A stretch of 63,934 nucleotides of DNA, counting the filler, from Vicugna vicugna (Eukaryota), in assembly GCA_013265495.1 (NCBI GenBank). It is 77 parts of 75 records of this genome, joined end to end, with 100 filler letters (N's around TTAATTAATTAA, not from the genome) between each part and the next. Parts side by side here need not be neighbours in the genome. Positions count along the whole stretch, not along the records: positions 50,547 to 51,556 come from MU060978.1; positions 51,657 to 52,750 come from MU060979.1; positions 52,851 to 53,161 come from MU060980.1; positions 53,262 to 53,416 come from MU060980.1; positions 53,517 to 54,319 come from PNXW01017009.1; positions 54,420 to 54,846 come from MU060982.1; positions 54,947 to 55,578 come from PNXW01017021.1; positions 55,679 to 56,442 come from MU060986.1; 69 more parts are not named here. The stretch is one strand, 5' to 3'. Every line of letters begins with the position of its first letter. Within the stretch, counting starts at the first letter, position 1. The notes under the pieces were generated by a model, which worked only from the letters and a program-made list of their open reading frames with translations, made no database searches and was not told the origin of the DNA. Shown here piece after piece: positions 50,547 to 63,870 of this stretch. The position numbers and the translations under genes are program-made.

Positions 50547-51320
50547 GCTGCGGAGAATTGTGAACACTCCTACACTGTGGTGGGAATGCAGATTGGTGGA
50601 GCCACTGTGGAAAACTGTATAGAGGTTCCTCTAAAGGCAAAAAATTGACCTCCCATATGAACCAGCAATCCCACTCCTGGGCATATATCTAGAAGGAACC
50701 CTAATTCAAAAAGACACCTACACCCCAATATTCACATCAGCATTATTTACAATAGCAAGANNNNNNNNNNNNNNNNNNNNNNNNNNNNNNNNNNNNNNNN
50801 NNNNNNNNNNNNNNNNNNNNNNNNNNNNNNNNNNNNNNNNNNNNNNNNNNNNNNNNNNNNNNNNNNNNNNNNNNNNNNNNNNNNNNNNNNNNNNNNNNNN
50901 NNNNNNNNNNNNNNNNNNNNNNNNNNNNNNNNNNNNNNNNNNNNNNNNNNNNNNNNNNNNNNNNNNNNNNNNNNNNNNNNNNNNNNNNNNNNNNNNNNNN
51001 NNNNNNNNNNNNNNNNNNNNNNNNNNNNNNNNNNNNNNNNNNNNNNNNNNNNNNNNNNNNNNNNNNNNNNNNNNNNNNNNNNNNNNNNNNNNNNNNNNNN
51101 NNNNNNNNNNNNNNNNNNNNNNNNNNNNNNNNNNNNNNNNNNNNNNNNNNNNNNNNNNNNNNNNNNNNNNNNNNNNNNNNNNNNNNNNNNNNNNNNNNNN
51201 NNNNNNNNNNNNNNNNNNNNNNNNNNNNNNNNNNNNNNNNNNNCAAGAAACTGACACAACATTATAAACTGACTAGACTTCAATGAAAATATATTTAAAT
51301 AGATCAAAAACGAAAACAAA
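50547..51320 (+). mobile_element. LINE-1 3' end
   Basis: 'acactcctacactgtggtgggaatgca..agccactgtggaaaac..accagcaatcccactcctgggcatatatc'; 'ctgacacaacattataaactgacta.acttcaat' + A-rich tail. Confidence 0.9.
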
Positions 51321-52850
51321 GAAAAAGGATACTATCAAACAAAAAGAATAAAGTACTGATTCAGGCTAAAATATGGAAGAATCTCGAAACGTTATGCTAA
51401 AATAAGCCAGACACAAAAAGGCAAATAATGACCTTTAAGGTGAACTGTATCTAAGCGTTTATTGTACTACTCCTGTAAATTTCCCGGAGGTTTGAAATCT
51501 ATCCATATCAAAATAAAATTTATTATACTTTAAAAACTTAAAACGCTTCCTCACAGNNNNNNNNNNNNNNNNNNNNNNNNNNNNNNNNNNNNNNNNNNNN
51601 TTAATTAATTAANNNNNNNNNNNNNNNNNNNNNNNNNNNNNNNNNNNNNNNNNNNNCTGCAGTCGGGCAGCGAAGAGCCTGGCAGGATGCGTTGGACAAA
51701 ATTAGGTCAGAATCAACAAGGAATGGGGAGGGAACAGAACGTGTACTGAGGACCGTGACTTCAGTGGCGGATTGTCTGTGTTGAGGACTCTGAGTCAGTA
51801 TGAGTAGGTGGATTGGTGTGGACTAAAATGGTGGCCATTGTTCAGATAAGTTTATGTGATTTGGACTATATTTATTAGAGGAGGGTTTCTCCCCTTCAAC
51901 ATTGATCATTTCTAGGGAGCAGAAAAATACTCTGCCACACAACATCTAAGTGCAAAAGAGATGCTACGGGATGATGGTGGTATGAAAAATTTCAGTTCTG
52001 CAGTTCCAAGATTTCCTTAAAGAGGTTAACAGCAGTTGGTACTTAAAATAAAATAAGGTACTTATAATAAAGAGATCATCATATGTATATATCCTTAAAG
52101 ATACACATATGGTGCTATAAGTGGGCCTGAAATGTGTTCTGCATTCTAAAATCCGATGAAATAAAATCAGTAGCTCAATATGCCTGTCAACTCAATAAAC
52201 ATGATGTAGCTAATGATCACAGAAAGCAAGATCAGTTAGGAAATTTGAGATTTGTCTTTTCCGGTGTCAAAGTTAATATTTTTTACTTTACTTAAAATGC
52301 NNNNNNNNNNNNNNNNNNNNNNNNNNNNNNNNNNNNNNNNNNNNNNNNNNNNNNNNNNNNNNNNNNNNNNNNNNNNNNNNNNNNNNNNNNNNNNNNNNNN
52401 NNNNNNNNNNNNNNNNNNNNNNNNNNNNNNNNNNNNNNNNNNNNNNNNNNNNNNNNNNNNNNNNNNNNNNNNNNNNNNNNNNNNNNNNNNNNNNNNNNNN
52501 NNNNNNNNNNNNNNNNNNNNNNNNNNNNNNNNNNNNNNNNNNNNNNNNNNNNNNNNNNNNNNNNNNNNNNNNNNNNNNNNNNNNNNNNNNNNNNNNNNNN
52601 NAAGAAAAACAACAAACTGACAACAGGTTGCACACTGCTCCCTGTAGGAGAATCCATGCAGATGGACTCTTATGTGAACGGGGCTGGAGCTGTAGAATTA
52701 GTTAATCTTGCAAGAAACTCAGTTAAAAACAAATGCAAATGGGATACACTNNNNNNNNNNNNNNNNNNNNNNNNNNNNNNNNNNNNNNNNNNNNTTAATT
52801 AATTAANNNNNNNNNNNNNNNNNNNNNNNNNNNNNNNNNNNNNNNNNNNN

Positions 52851-53161
52851 ATCAGCTCTAGTAGTTTTGTGTGGACCTTTTAGGGTTTTCTATATGAAGT
52901 AACATGTCATCAGCATATAATGACACTTTTACCCCTTGTTTTCCAATTTGGATCCCTTTTATTTCTCTCTCTTGCCTGCCTGCTGTGGCTAGGACTTCCA
53001 GGACTATGTTGAATAGGAGTGGTGATAGTGGGCATCCTTGTCTTGTCCCAGATTTTACTGGGAAGCTTTGAGTTTTTCACTGTTGAGTAGTATGCTGGCT
53101 GTAGGTTTGTCATATATAGCTTTTATTATGTTGAGATATGTTCCCTCTATACCCACTTTGG
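52851..53161 (-). mobile_element. LINE-1 ORF2 RT fragment
   Basis: 'gtggctaggacttccaggactatgttgaataggagtggtgatagtgggcatccttgtctt'. Confidence 0.93.
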
Positions 53162-53261
53162 NNNNNNNNNNNNNNNNNNNNNNNNNNNNNNNNNNNNNNN
53201 NNNNNTTAATTAATTAANNNNNNNNNNNNNNNNNNNNNNNNNNNNNNNNNNNNNNNNNNNN

Positions 53262-53416
53262 ATAGGTTTTGAGTGGTTGTGCTTTCATTATCATTTGTCT
53301 CAAGGTATTTTTTAATTTCTGCTTTGATTTCCTCATTGATCAATTTTTTTTCAATAACATATTGTTTAATTTCCATGTTTTTCTTTTCTTCTCCTTTGTT
53401 TCTCTGTTGTTGATTT
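53262..53416 (-). mobile_element. LINE-1 ORF2 fragment
   Basis: 'catttgtctcaaggtattttttaatttc..tttgatttcctcattga...atattgtttaatttccatg'. Confidence 0.85.
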
Positions 53417-54419
53417 NNNNNNNNNNNNNNNNNNNNNNNNNNNNNNNNNNNNNNNNNNNNTTAATTAATTAANNNNNNNNNNNNNNNNNNNNNNNNNNNN
53501 NNNNNNNNNNNNNNNNATTTACAAGAATTTACATGAGTGTGATGAGGACAGGGACGTGGGGTCTGTGAGACCCACCCTCACCTCCTGATCCAGGGAAGGC
53601 AGGGGCCTGAGGGGAGCGGCGCTGCCGGGGAACCCCAACGTGGTCAGCGCCCCAAACCAAAACTTCACCTAGATGCATGTAGACAGCTTTTGAGCTACAA
53701 AATGTGGTCGCATTTCAAGCTGGACAATTTTACTCACTCCCACCAAGAGAAACAGGGGAGAATTAGGCTCTGCTCCTGCACCAAAGCATTCTTTTAAAAA
53801 TTAATGACTGTGGAATAGTAAAAGCAACAATGGAGTAAAAGTGACTGGAAGAGAACTTGCTTGACCCGAGCTCACTGGCCGCACTGGCTGAGCCCTTGTG
53901 GTACCAAAACAGACAGACCCACAAGGAGGGAGGTTTAATGCGCTGCTGTATTTTGATGCCTGGAGCCATGCCTGGTACACGAGGTTCTGGGTAAACAATG
54001 GTGACAGTGTCAACCACTATGGGCTAAGCACACATCCAGCTACTCCGCCAAACCCCAAGGACAGACTTCAAAGGGAAAAACAACCTGGCATTCTCTGGTG
54101 GGTCTGCAGACTCAGAGCCAAGCAGTTGCTGAGCAAAAATGTCACCAGTTCCTCCTATGACAAAAGAGGAGGCACTGGCCTGGGGGCTGGGGCAGGGCTC
54201 CAGGCTTCCACTGCTCACTCACCAGTCTGTCCACGGGGAGAAGGTGGTCCCTGCTTACTTTACACCGATGCACCTACCTTGACTAACTCCTGGGGGCTCA
54301 GCAGGTGGTGACAGATCAGNNNNNNNNNNNNNNNNNNNNNNNNNNNNNNNNNNNNNNNNNNNNTTAATTAATTAANNNNNNNNNNNNNNNNNNNNNNNNN
54401 NNNNNNNNNNNNNNNNNNN

Positions 54420-54846
54420 GCACTGACAATGATTCCGGAATCCTGAGCGTGGGGAGGTTCCAACTAAGGTCGGCACCGCGTCGGTTCTAACGGGATGCCT
54501 GAGCTCGTCTCCCCTGAGGGTTTTCCTTATTTCTATGTGTCAGGGAACGCTAGGGGGGGTTTTCAGGAAATCCCAGTGACAGAGGCTGCCTCCCCAAGGT
54601 CAGGGAAGGTATTTCTCGGACTTCCCCGAACAGGGAACACCTGTGACTGAAGAGAGCTGCGTGGAGTTGTCTCTCGAGCTCCCCCACGCACTGNNNNNNN
54701 NNNNNNNNNNNNNNNNNNNNNNNNNNNNNTACGGTCGGCGTAGGTTCTTACGGGATGCCTGAGCTCGTCTCCCCTGAGGGTTTTCCTTATGTATATGAGC
54801 TAGGGAATGCTAGGGGGGGGTTTGCAGGAAATCCCAGTGACAGAGG
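54420..54846. repeat. Satellite B
   Basis: Colinear with the B monomer. Confidence 0.94.
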
Positions 54847-55376
54847 NNNNNNNNNNNNNNNNNNNNNNNNNNNNNNNNNNNNNNNNNNNNTTAATTAATT
54901 AANNNNNNNNNNNNNNNNNNNNNNNNNNNNNNNNNNNNNNNNNNNNACATGCGCAGTTCGGCCAGGGAGCACAAGGGAAGACCAAAACGACGGCAGGTGA
55001 TGCCGGGGCGGAAGAGACAGCAGGAGAAGAGAGCGTTGATTTCGGCCAGCCGGTAACTTTGCTACCATCTCCCAAGCAGCCTGGCCGCGAGGTGACCTCT
55101 GCTGCACCAGGGACCCTGTAGGCATCCCCTCAAGTCATCCTGATCCTGAGAGGTGGGCGTGGTGTAGTCAATGTGCAGGGGTGGGGGCTGAGACAGGGAC
55201 AGAGAGAGCGACAGCGGGAAATGGGAGTAAGTCCTACATCTAGCAGCATGGGGCAGCCCCAATCCTGCAATCTCCAGCGCTGATGCAGCCACTGCCGCCG
55301 CCCCGCCCCCCTGTACACAGCCGGGTTGCCTCCCACGGGCAGGCTGACAGGGGGACACACACTGATTCCAGGAAGC

Positions 55377-55435
55377 ACTGACAGCAGAGGACGGGCGAAG
55401 GGGGAGACTGACAGCAGAGGACGGGCGGAGGGGGA
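55377..55435. repeat. 30-bp tandem duplication in a GC-rich scaffold
   Basis: 'actgacagcagaggacgggcg(a/g)aggggga' at 55377 and 55407. Confidence 0.85.
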
Positions 55436-55678
55436 CGTGGGAGAAAGGGGACTGGCTCTCCAAGGGCAGCCGGCGAAAGCCTCCGCCATCGACACCACTA
55501 GAATGGCAGGCCGCTGTCCATCCCAGGGGACGAGGGCCGAGGGCCGGGCTAAGGCTGCACCCTCCCTCCACGCACCAGNNNNNNNNNNNNNNNNNNNNNN
55601 NNNNNNNNNNNNNNNNNNNNNNTTAATTAATTAANNNNNNNNNNNNNNNNNNNNNNNNNNNNNNNNNNNNNNNNNNNN

Positions 55679-56146
55679 TATACATAACACTTACCACTTA
55701 ATCATTTTTAAGTGCTCATTTTAGTGGCACTAAGTACATTCACAGTATTGTGCAACCACCAGCGCTGTCCACCTCCAGCACTTTTTCACCTTCCCAAACT
55801 GAAACCCCAGTCCATGAGACAACCCCCGACTCTCCCATCCCCCAGCCCCTGGCAACCACTGTTCCATTTTCCATCCCTTTGAATTTGTCTTTTCTAAAGG
55901 TACCTCACATAAGTGGAATCACATAGAATTTGTCCTGTTGTGTCTGGCTTATTTTACTATGCATAATATTTTCAAGATTCATTCATCTTGTAGCAAATGT
56001 CAGAATCTTCTTCCTCTTTTTTAAGGCTTTCATATTCCATTTTGTTTATCCCTTCATCTACTGAAGGGTGCTTCTAATTTTTGGCTACTAGGAATAAGGC
56101 TGCTGTGAACATGAGTGTGTAAATATCTGTTCGAGCCCCTGCTTTC
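55679..56146 (-). mobile_element. L1MA/MB-type 3'UTR fragment
   Basis: 'taagtacattcacagtattgtgcaaccacc...cccagcccctggcaaccact...tacctcacataagtggaatca'. Confidence 0.9.
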
Positions 56147-56542
56147 AAAAACCCACACTCCACACCATGCTAACATCAGCTCCCATAAACCTCAGGGAAG
56201 CTGTGAGCTGGTGTGGGAAAACAGAGGATGAAGAGGTGAAGGAGCAGGGTAAAATGGAGTGCAAGAGAGACTGGGCTGCAGGCTGAGGGGGGCACCCTGA
56301 GAGAACCCCGAGGAGAACTGCCTGCTCTCAGGAGGGGGTGTAGGACTTCCCAGACACCCTGGTGTCAGAGCTGCAGGGGCCCCCGGGGAGCCCTGGTGCC
56401 CTTGCAGGAAACTGCCTTCCTCCTCATCCCTGCTCGGACCATNNNNNNNNNNNNNNNNNNNNNNNNNNNNNNNNNNNNNNNNNNNNTTAATTAATTAANN
56501 NNNNNNNNNNNNNNNNNNNNNNNNNNNNNNNNNNNNNNNNNN

Positions 56543-57291
56543 GTTCGAATTCGTGCATTTTTCACAAAGAAATATTTCTGGAGCGATATCCACCTAATAG
56601 GAATGTAATTAAAATGAATTCCATCAACATGGCATTCCGGGTTCCGTACATGCTACATGCATGACGGATTCGGCAATCATGCATTTCTGACTTGTGAGCA
56701 TGTGGATTACTGACCTTTCATCCACCAAACAATGCGTATATACACTTAGAAATATNNNNNNNNNNNNNNNNNNNNNNNNNNNNNNNNNNNNNNNNNNNNN
56801 NNNNNNNNNNNNNNNNNNNNNNNNNNNNNNNNNNNNNNNNNNNNNNNNNNNNNNNNNNNNNNNNNNNNNNNNNNNNNNNNNNNNNNNNNNNNNNNNNNNN
56901 NNNNNNNNNNNNNNNNNNNNNNNNNNNNNNNNNNNNNNNNNNNNNNNNNNNNNNNNNNNNNNNNNNNNNNNNNNNNNNNNNNNNNNNNNNNNNNNNNNNN
57001 CTTTGAGTTTGTAGCTTCTTACTATCACCAGTTTCAAGAATCACACTTTGATCCCACAAAAACACTCTTGGAGCGAATTCTTCCCTAGAGATATGTAATT
57101 TTAATAGATTCCATCTACATGCTATTCCGTGTTCCGTACATGCTACATACATGACGGAGTTGACAAAAATGCATTCCTAAGTTGAGAGCATGTGGATTAC
57201 TAATCTTTCTTCCTCTATAAATTTAATATTTTCTTCTAGACACGTTTACACATTTTCATAAGCTTTGCCTAAAACCAGGTTCGAATTCATG
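56543..57291. repeat. Satellite C (opposite orientation)
   Basis: Reverse complement of C, e.g. 'catggcattccgggttccgtacatg'. Confidence 0.93.
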
Positions 57292-57550
57292 NNNNNNNNN
57301 NNNNNNNNNNNNNNNNNNNNNNNNNNNNNNNNNNNTTAATTAATTAANNNNNNNNNNNNNNNNNNNNNNNNNNNNNNNNNNNNNNNNNNNNGACTTTACA
57401 ATCTTTATTCATATGCCAAGGATTCACTGTCACTGCACAATATTTTCACTATTATCATCTTTGTGATTGAGAGGCTTCTGATGACCCTGCTTTGTGCATC
57501 TGTATATAAAGTAACAAAACAGAGAAAAAGACCTTATTAAAGATAATTTA

Positions 57551-57649
57551 GGGGGGAGGGTATAGCTGAAGTGAACGATCATGTTCTTAGCATGCACAAG
57601 GGCCTGGGTTCAATCACCAGTACTTCTTCTAAAAATAAAATAAATAAAT
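57551..57649 (+). mobile_element. Camelid tRNA-derived SINE (Vic-1-like)
   Basis: 'ggggagggtatagct.aagtg...cttagcatgcacaagggcctgggttcaatcaccagtac' + A-rich tail. Confidence 0.85.
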
Positions 57650-58159
57650 NNNNNNNNNNNNNNNNNNNNNNNNNNNNNNNNNNNNNNNNNNNNNNNNNNN
57701 NNNNNNNNNNNNNNNNNNNNNNNNNNNNNNNNNNNNNNNNNNNNNNNNNNNNNNNNNNNNNNNNNNNNNNNNNNNNNNNNNNNNNNNNNNNNNNNNNNNN
57801 NNNNNNNNNNNNNNNNNNNNNNNNNNNNNNNNNNNNNNNNNNNNNNNNNNNNNNNNNNNNNNNNNNNNNNNNNNNNNNNNNNNNNNNNNNNNNNNNNNNN
57901 NNNNNNNNNNNNNNNNNNNNNNNNNNNNNNNNNNNNNNNNNNNNNNNNNNNNNNNNNNNNNNNNNNNNNNNNNNNNNNNNNNNNNNNNNNNNNNNNNNNN
58001 NNNNNNNNNNNNNNNNNNNNNNNNNNNNNNNNNNNNNNNNNNNNNNNNNNNNNNNNNNNNNNNNNACTTTAGAAACTGATTTGAATTTTGCTGTCTACCT
58101 GCAAGGCTATTTTTTGGGTAATAACATAAGCTGGCCACTGTACTAAATTTTGTTTCCCT

Positions 58160-58320
58160 GTTTGCTTAATCCTCACAACAACTCTGTAAGCTGCTTTTAT
58201 TACCCCCATTTAACAGATAAAGAGCTTGAGGCAGAAAATGATTTTGGAAACTTGGTAAATGGTGGAGCTGGGTAAGACGGCCGCCAGTCTGACACTCAAG
58301 TCCATTCTTCTCACCGATGT
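58160..58320 (-). mobile_element. MIR SINE fragment
   Basis: 'ttaatcctcacaacaactctgtaag...tattacccccatttaacagataaagagcttgaggcaga...aaatggtggagctggg'. Confidence 0.75.
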
Positions 58321-58514
58321 CTGATACTGCTAACTACATTCAGCAATGACCGCTGATTTCAAATTAAGCGTGTCATTTCTAAAAGTGCAAAGCTATATTA
58401 GTACTGCTGTGTAANNNNNNNNNNNNNNNNNNNNNNNNNNNNNNNNNNNNNNNNNNNNTTAATTAATTAANNNNNNNNNNNNNNNNNNNNNNNNNNNNNN
58501 NNNNNNNNNNNNNN

Positions 58515-58991
58515 TAAGAGAGTAATTGAAAATAGAACAGGTAAAAACAGATTAAAAACTAAACAAACAAAAACAAAAAAAACAAAAAACAAAACAAAAA
58601 AAAAGGGGTTGTCGGTGTTCTCCTGGAGTCTGTGTGCTTTTAATGTGAAGTCCTTCTGTCTTCGTCCTGTTTTGGAAGCTCAGCTTGTTTTCATAGGCCC
58701 TCCGTTGGCGCCCTCTTCTGTGCTGCTCCCAGCACCTGTCNNNNNNNNNNNNNNNNNNNNNNNNNNNNNNNNNNNNNNNNNNNNNNNNNNNNNNNNNNNN
58801 ATGCAGCTCTCCTCTGCTGCGGGCGGGCGGGTCACTGCCCCTCCAGATGCCGCAGTCAGATGTTGCAGACTGGCCAGGCAGGAGGGCGGGTCGTGCCCCC
58901 TCCCAGCACCTCGGTCAGGGTTTGTGTTCCTATCCGACAGGCGGGAGGGGCTGCTCTCCCCCTGCCTGCGCCGCCGGTAGCTCCGCTGCTC
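58515..58991 (-). mobile_element. Possible LINE-1 5'UTR (antisense)
   Basis: A-rich tract followed by a CpG-rich segment, typical of a reversed young L1 5' end; no protein evidence. Confidence 0.45.
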
Positions 58992-59091
58992 NNNNNNNNN
59001 NNNNNNNNNNNNNNNNNNNNNNNNNNNNNNNNNNNTTAATTAATTAANNNNNNNNNNNNNNNNNNNNNNNNNNNNNNNNNNNNNNNNNNNN

Positions 59092-59527
59092 ATTCTATAT
59101 TCAGCATTCAGTATTCTATATTCTATATACTGTGTCTTACATTCTATATTGTAAATTCTATATTCAGTATACTGTATTCTATATTCGAAATTCTGTGTTC
59201 TGCATTCCATGTTATAAATTCTGTGTTCTATANNNNNNNNNNNNNNNNNNNNNNNNNNNNNNNNNNNNNNNNNNNNNNNNNNNNNNNNNNNNNNNNNNNN
59301 NNNNNNNNNNNNNNNNNNNNNNNNNNNNNNNNNNNNNNNNNNNNNNNNNNNNNNNNNNNNNNNNNNNNNNNNNNNNNNNNNNNNNNNNNNNNNNNNNNNN
59401 NNNNNNNCTAAATTCTGGATATTCTCCTTTATATATTCTATATTTTGTGTTTTTCTTTATATATACTACATTCTATATTTTTCTTTCCGTATTCTATATT
59501 CTATATTCTGTGTTCTGCATTCTATAT
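59092..59527. repeat. Satellite A
   Basis: Heptamer period. Confidence 0.93.
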
Positions 59528-59627
59528 NNNNNNNNNNNNNNNNNNNNNNNNNNNNNNNNNNNNNNNNNNNNTTAATTAATTAANNNNNNNNNNNNNNNNN
59601 NNNNNNNNNNNNNNNNNNNNNNNNNNN

Positions 59628-60416
59628 CATTTCTGAGTTGTGAACATGCGCCTGACTGATGTTTCAAACACCCAACATGTTACCTACTCACTTTAATATA
59701 TTTATTTTGACTTCGTAGTTTCTGCCTATCACCAGTTTCAGGAATCACACTTTGATCCCCAAAAAACCCTCTTGGAGCCAATTTTTCCCTAGAGATATGT
59801 AATTTGAATAGATTCCATCTAGATGNNNNNNNNNNNNNNNNNNNNNNNNNNNNNNNNNNNNNNNNNNNNNNNNNNNNNNNNNNNNNNNNNNNNNNNNNNN
59901 NNNNNNNNNNNNNNNNNNNNNNNNNNNNNNNNNNNNNNNNNNNNNNNNNNNNNNNNNNNNNNNNNNNNNNNNNNNNNNNNNNNNNNNNNNNNNNNNNNNN
60001 NNNNNNNNNNNNNNNNNNNNNNNNNNNNNNNNNNNNNNNNNNNNNNNNNNNNNNNNNNNNNNNNNNNNNNNNNNNNNNNNNNNNNNNNNNNNNNNNNNNN
60101 NNNNNNNNNNNNNNNNNNNNNNNNNNNNNNNNNNNNNNNNNNNNNNNNNNNNNNNNNNNNNNNNNNNNNNNNNNNNNNNNNNNNNNNNNNNNNNNNNNNN
60201 NNNNNNNNNNNNNNNNNNNNNNNNNNNNNNNNNNNNNNNNNNNNNNNNNNNAATCAGACATACCAGAAAACACTGTTTGAGCGAAATCTCGCCAATACAC
60301 ATGTAATTTACATTGTTTACATAACAATGGCATTCCGTAATTTGAACATGTTTCATGCATCATGGAATACGCAAAGAAGAATTTCTGAGTTGTAAACATG
60401 CGCTTGACAGATGTTT
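59628..60416. repeat. Satellite C (opposite orientation)
   Basis: Reverse complement of C. Confidence 0.92.
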
Positions 60417-60618
60417 NNNNNNNNNNNNNNNNNNNNNNNNNNNNNNNNNNNNNNNNNNNNTTAATTAATTAANNNNNNNNNNNNNNNNNNNNNNNNNNNN
60501 NNNNNNNNNNNNNNNNATTAGTGTAAATATATGCCAACACCTTGAAATGGAGGAGAAAGGTTTCAGAAGTCTATACGGAATTTCTTTCTACCTTCCTGAA
60601 ATCACACACACCAACGTT

Positions 60619-60645
60619 CACACAGACACAGACACAGACACAGAC
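60619..60645. repeat. (CACAGA)n microsatellite running into a gap
   Basis: cacagacacagacacagacacagac. Confidence 0.8.
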
Positions 60646-61397
60646 NNNNNNNNNNNNNNNNNNNNNNNNNNNNNNNNNNNNNNNNNNNNNNNNNNNNNNN
60701 NNNNNNNNNNNNNNNNNNNNNNNNNNNNNNNNNNNNNNNNNNNNNNNNNNNNNNNNNNNNNNNNNNNNNNNNNNNNNNNNNNNNNNNNNNNNNNNNNNNN
60801 NNNNNNNNNNNNNNNNNNNNNNNNNNNNNNNNNNNNNNNNNNNNNNNNNNNNNNNNNNNNNNNNNNNNNNNNNNNNNNNNNNNNNNNNNNNNNNNNNNNN
60901 NNNNNNNNNNNNNNNNNNNNNNNNNNNNNNNNNNNNNNNNNNNNNNNNNNNNNNNNNNNNNNNNNNNNNNNNNNNNNNNNNNNNNNNNNNNNNNNNNNNN
61001 NNNNNNNNNNNNNNNNNNNNNNNNNNNNNNNNNNNNNNNNNNNNNNNNNNNNNNNNNNNNNNNNNNNNNNNNNNNNNNNNNNNNNNNNNNNNNNNNNNNN
61101 NNNNNNNNNNNNNNNNNNNNNNNNNNNNNNNNNNNNNNNNNNNNNNNNNNNNNNNNNNNNNNNNNNNNNCAGACTAAAAACCACTGCAATCTAGGTGCTA
61201 CAATTATACTAAAAAAACAAGTGTTTCTATCAAATATTAACTATATGCCAATCACAGAGACAACCACAGGTTACACCTGAAGCATCACGTGTGATTCTCA
61301 GCAACCCTACTAAGTAGNNNNNNNNNNNNNNNNNNNNNNNNNNNNNNNNNNNNNNNNNNNNTTAATTAATTAANNNNNNNNNNNNNNNNNNNNNNNN

Positions 61398-62137
61398 NNN
61401 NNNNNNNNNNNNNNNNNTTGGAACATGGAATGCAGAACACAGAATTTAGAATATAGAACACCAAATAGTAAATATAGAATATGAATATACAATTTAGAGC
61501 ACAGAATTTAGAATATAGAATACAGAATACTGAATATAGAATTAAAANNNNNNNNNNNNNNNTTTAGAGCACTTAGAATATAGAATACAGAATACTGAAT
61601 ATAGAATTAAAAATATACAATGTAGAACACAGAACATAGAATAAAGAATAGAGAATATAGAACCAAGAATATAGAACATGGAATGCAGAACACAGAATTT
61701 AGAATATAGAATATAGAATACTGAATATAGAATTTAGAATATACAATGTAGAACACAGAATATAGAATGGAGAATAGTGAATATAGAACACAGAAATCAG
61801 AACATGGAATTCATAACACAGAATTTAGAATATAGAATTCAGAACACAGCATTTAGAATATAGAATACAGAATAATGAATATAGAATTTACAGTATTGAA
61901 TGTAGAACACAGAAAATAGAATATAGCGTATGGAATGTAGAATACAGAATTTAGAATACAGAATGTAGAACACAGAATTTAGAATATAGATTAAGAATAC
62001 TGAATATACAATTTAGAATATAGAATGTAGAACACCAAATATAGAATATGAAAAAAAAATATAAAACCAGGAATTGAGAACATGGTATGCACAACACAAA
62101 TTTAGAATATAGAAAACAGAATACTGAATATAGAATT
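61398..62137. repeat. Satellite A
   Basis: Heptamer period. Confidence 0.95.
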
Positions 62138-62237
62138 NNNNNNNNNNNNNNNNNNNNNNNNNNNNNNNNNNNNNNNNNNNNTTAATTAATTAANNNNNNN
62201 NNNNNNNNNNNNNNNNNNNNNNNNNNNNNNNNNNNNN

Positions 62238-63040
62238 TCACAGATGTTCCCTGTTCGGGGAAGTCCGGGAAATACGTTCCCTTAGCTTGGGGAGGCTGCC
62301 TCGGTCACTGGGATATCCTGCAAATCCCCCTAGCATTCCCTGGCACAGAGAAATTAGGAAAACACTCAGGGGAGGCGAGCTTAGGCTTTCCGTTATAACC
62401 AATGCGCTGCCGACCGTTGGTGGAACCTCCCCACGCTCAGGATTCCGGAANNNNNNNNNNNNNNNNNNNNNNNNNNNNNNNNNNNNNNNNNNNNNNNNNN
62501 NNNNNNNNNNNNNNNNNNNNNNNNNNNNNNNNNNNNNNNNNNNNNNNNNNNNNNNNNNNNNNNNNNNNNNNNNNNNNNNNNNNNNNNNNNNNNNNNNNNN
62601 NNNNNNNNNNNNNNNNNNNNNNNNNNNNNNNNNNNNNNNNNNNNNNNNNNNNNNNNNNNNNNNNNNNNNNNNNNNNNNNNNNNNNNNNNNNNNNNNNNNN
62701 NNNNNNNNNNNNNNNNNNNNNNNNNNNNNNNNNNNNNNNNNNNNNNNNNNNNNNNNNNNNNNNNNNNNNNNNNNNNNNNNNNNNNNNNNNNNNNNNNNNN
62801 NNNNNNNNNNNNNNNNNNNNNNNNNNNNNNNNNNNNNNNNNNNNNNNNNNNNNNNNNNNNNNNNNNNNNNNNNNNNNNNNNNNNNNNNNNNNNNNNNNNN
62901 NNNNNNNNNNNNNNNNNNNNNGGCATACCGTCCCACGCGCTGCCGAACGTTGGAAGAACCTCCCCACGCTCAGGATTCCGTAAACATTGTCAGAGCTTTT
63001 GGGAGCTCGAGAGACAACTCCACGCAACTCTCTTCATTCN
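62238..63040. repeat. Satellite B (opposite orientation)
   Basis: Reverse complement of the B monomer. Confidence 0.94.
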
Positions 63041-63179
63041 NNNNNNNNNNNNNNNNNNNNNNNNNNNNNNNNNNNNNNNNNNNTTAATTAATTAANNNNN
63101 NNNNNNNNNNNNNNNNNNNNNNNNNNNNNNNNNNNNNNNTGTTTGAGTACCTGGGTTTCATGTCTTCCTCTACCGCCTG

Positions 63180-63870
63180 TGTGATCCATGATTCCCACAT
63201 ATCTGTCTCCCGCTAGACTTTTTCTCTCCAACTCTGGACTCTTACAATCTTCTGCTGATTTGACATCTTCACTTGGAAATCTGGTATCTTAAAACCTACA
63301 TGTGTAAAAACTGAGATCTTGGTCCTCCTACCCACCAAACTGGTTCTTTCTCAGCCTCCATTCAGTTAGTGAAAACTTAATCCTTCCAGCTGCTTGAGTC
63401 AAAAAACTTGGAGTTATTCAATTCTGACTTGACATACCACATGAATTCTGTCAATAGATCTGGTTTAACACTGCCTTTAAAACATATCCAGAGCCCAGCC
63501 ACTTCTCACCATGGGTACTTCCCCCACTGCTGCTTCCCTGCCCTGAGCTACTGTCCTCTCCTCCTGCAAAGCCCTTCTCAGTGGCTTCCCTCCTTTCATC
63601 TCTGACCCGTTTCGACTATTCTCACCTGGCAGTCAAGTGAGCCTTGAAAACCTAAGTTAGATTGTGTCGTCCTTCTGCAGTGCCTCCCCATTTCACTCCG
63701 GGTAAAAGCCACAGTCCTTACAACGTCCTCCAAGGCCGTACAGGATCTGCACTGAAACCCTTCTCCACAGCTCCAGCCGTGCCCCCATTCTGGAACATGC
63801 GAGGTGCTCGCTGGCCATAGTGATGGTTATTCCGTCCACCTGGGACTTCTCACCTCCTAGTCCTAGTGCT
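63180..63870 (+). mobile_element. LINE-2 3' fragment
   Basis: 'ttgacatcttcacttgga...aaacctacatgtgtaaaaactgagatcttg...caaaaaacttggagttattc...gcctccccatttcactccgggtaaaagccacagtcctta'. Confidence 0.85.

Noticed and set aside
54947..55578. Overlapping 100-170 aa ORFs in a GC-rich scaffold
   Set aside because: No recognisable protein; open frames on both strands are expected at this GC content
57551..57625. tRNA-Ala-like gene
   Set aside because: Degenerate A/B boxes and stems plus an A-rich tail; it is a SINE copy
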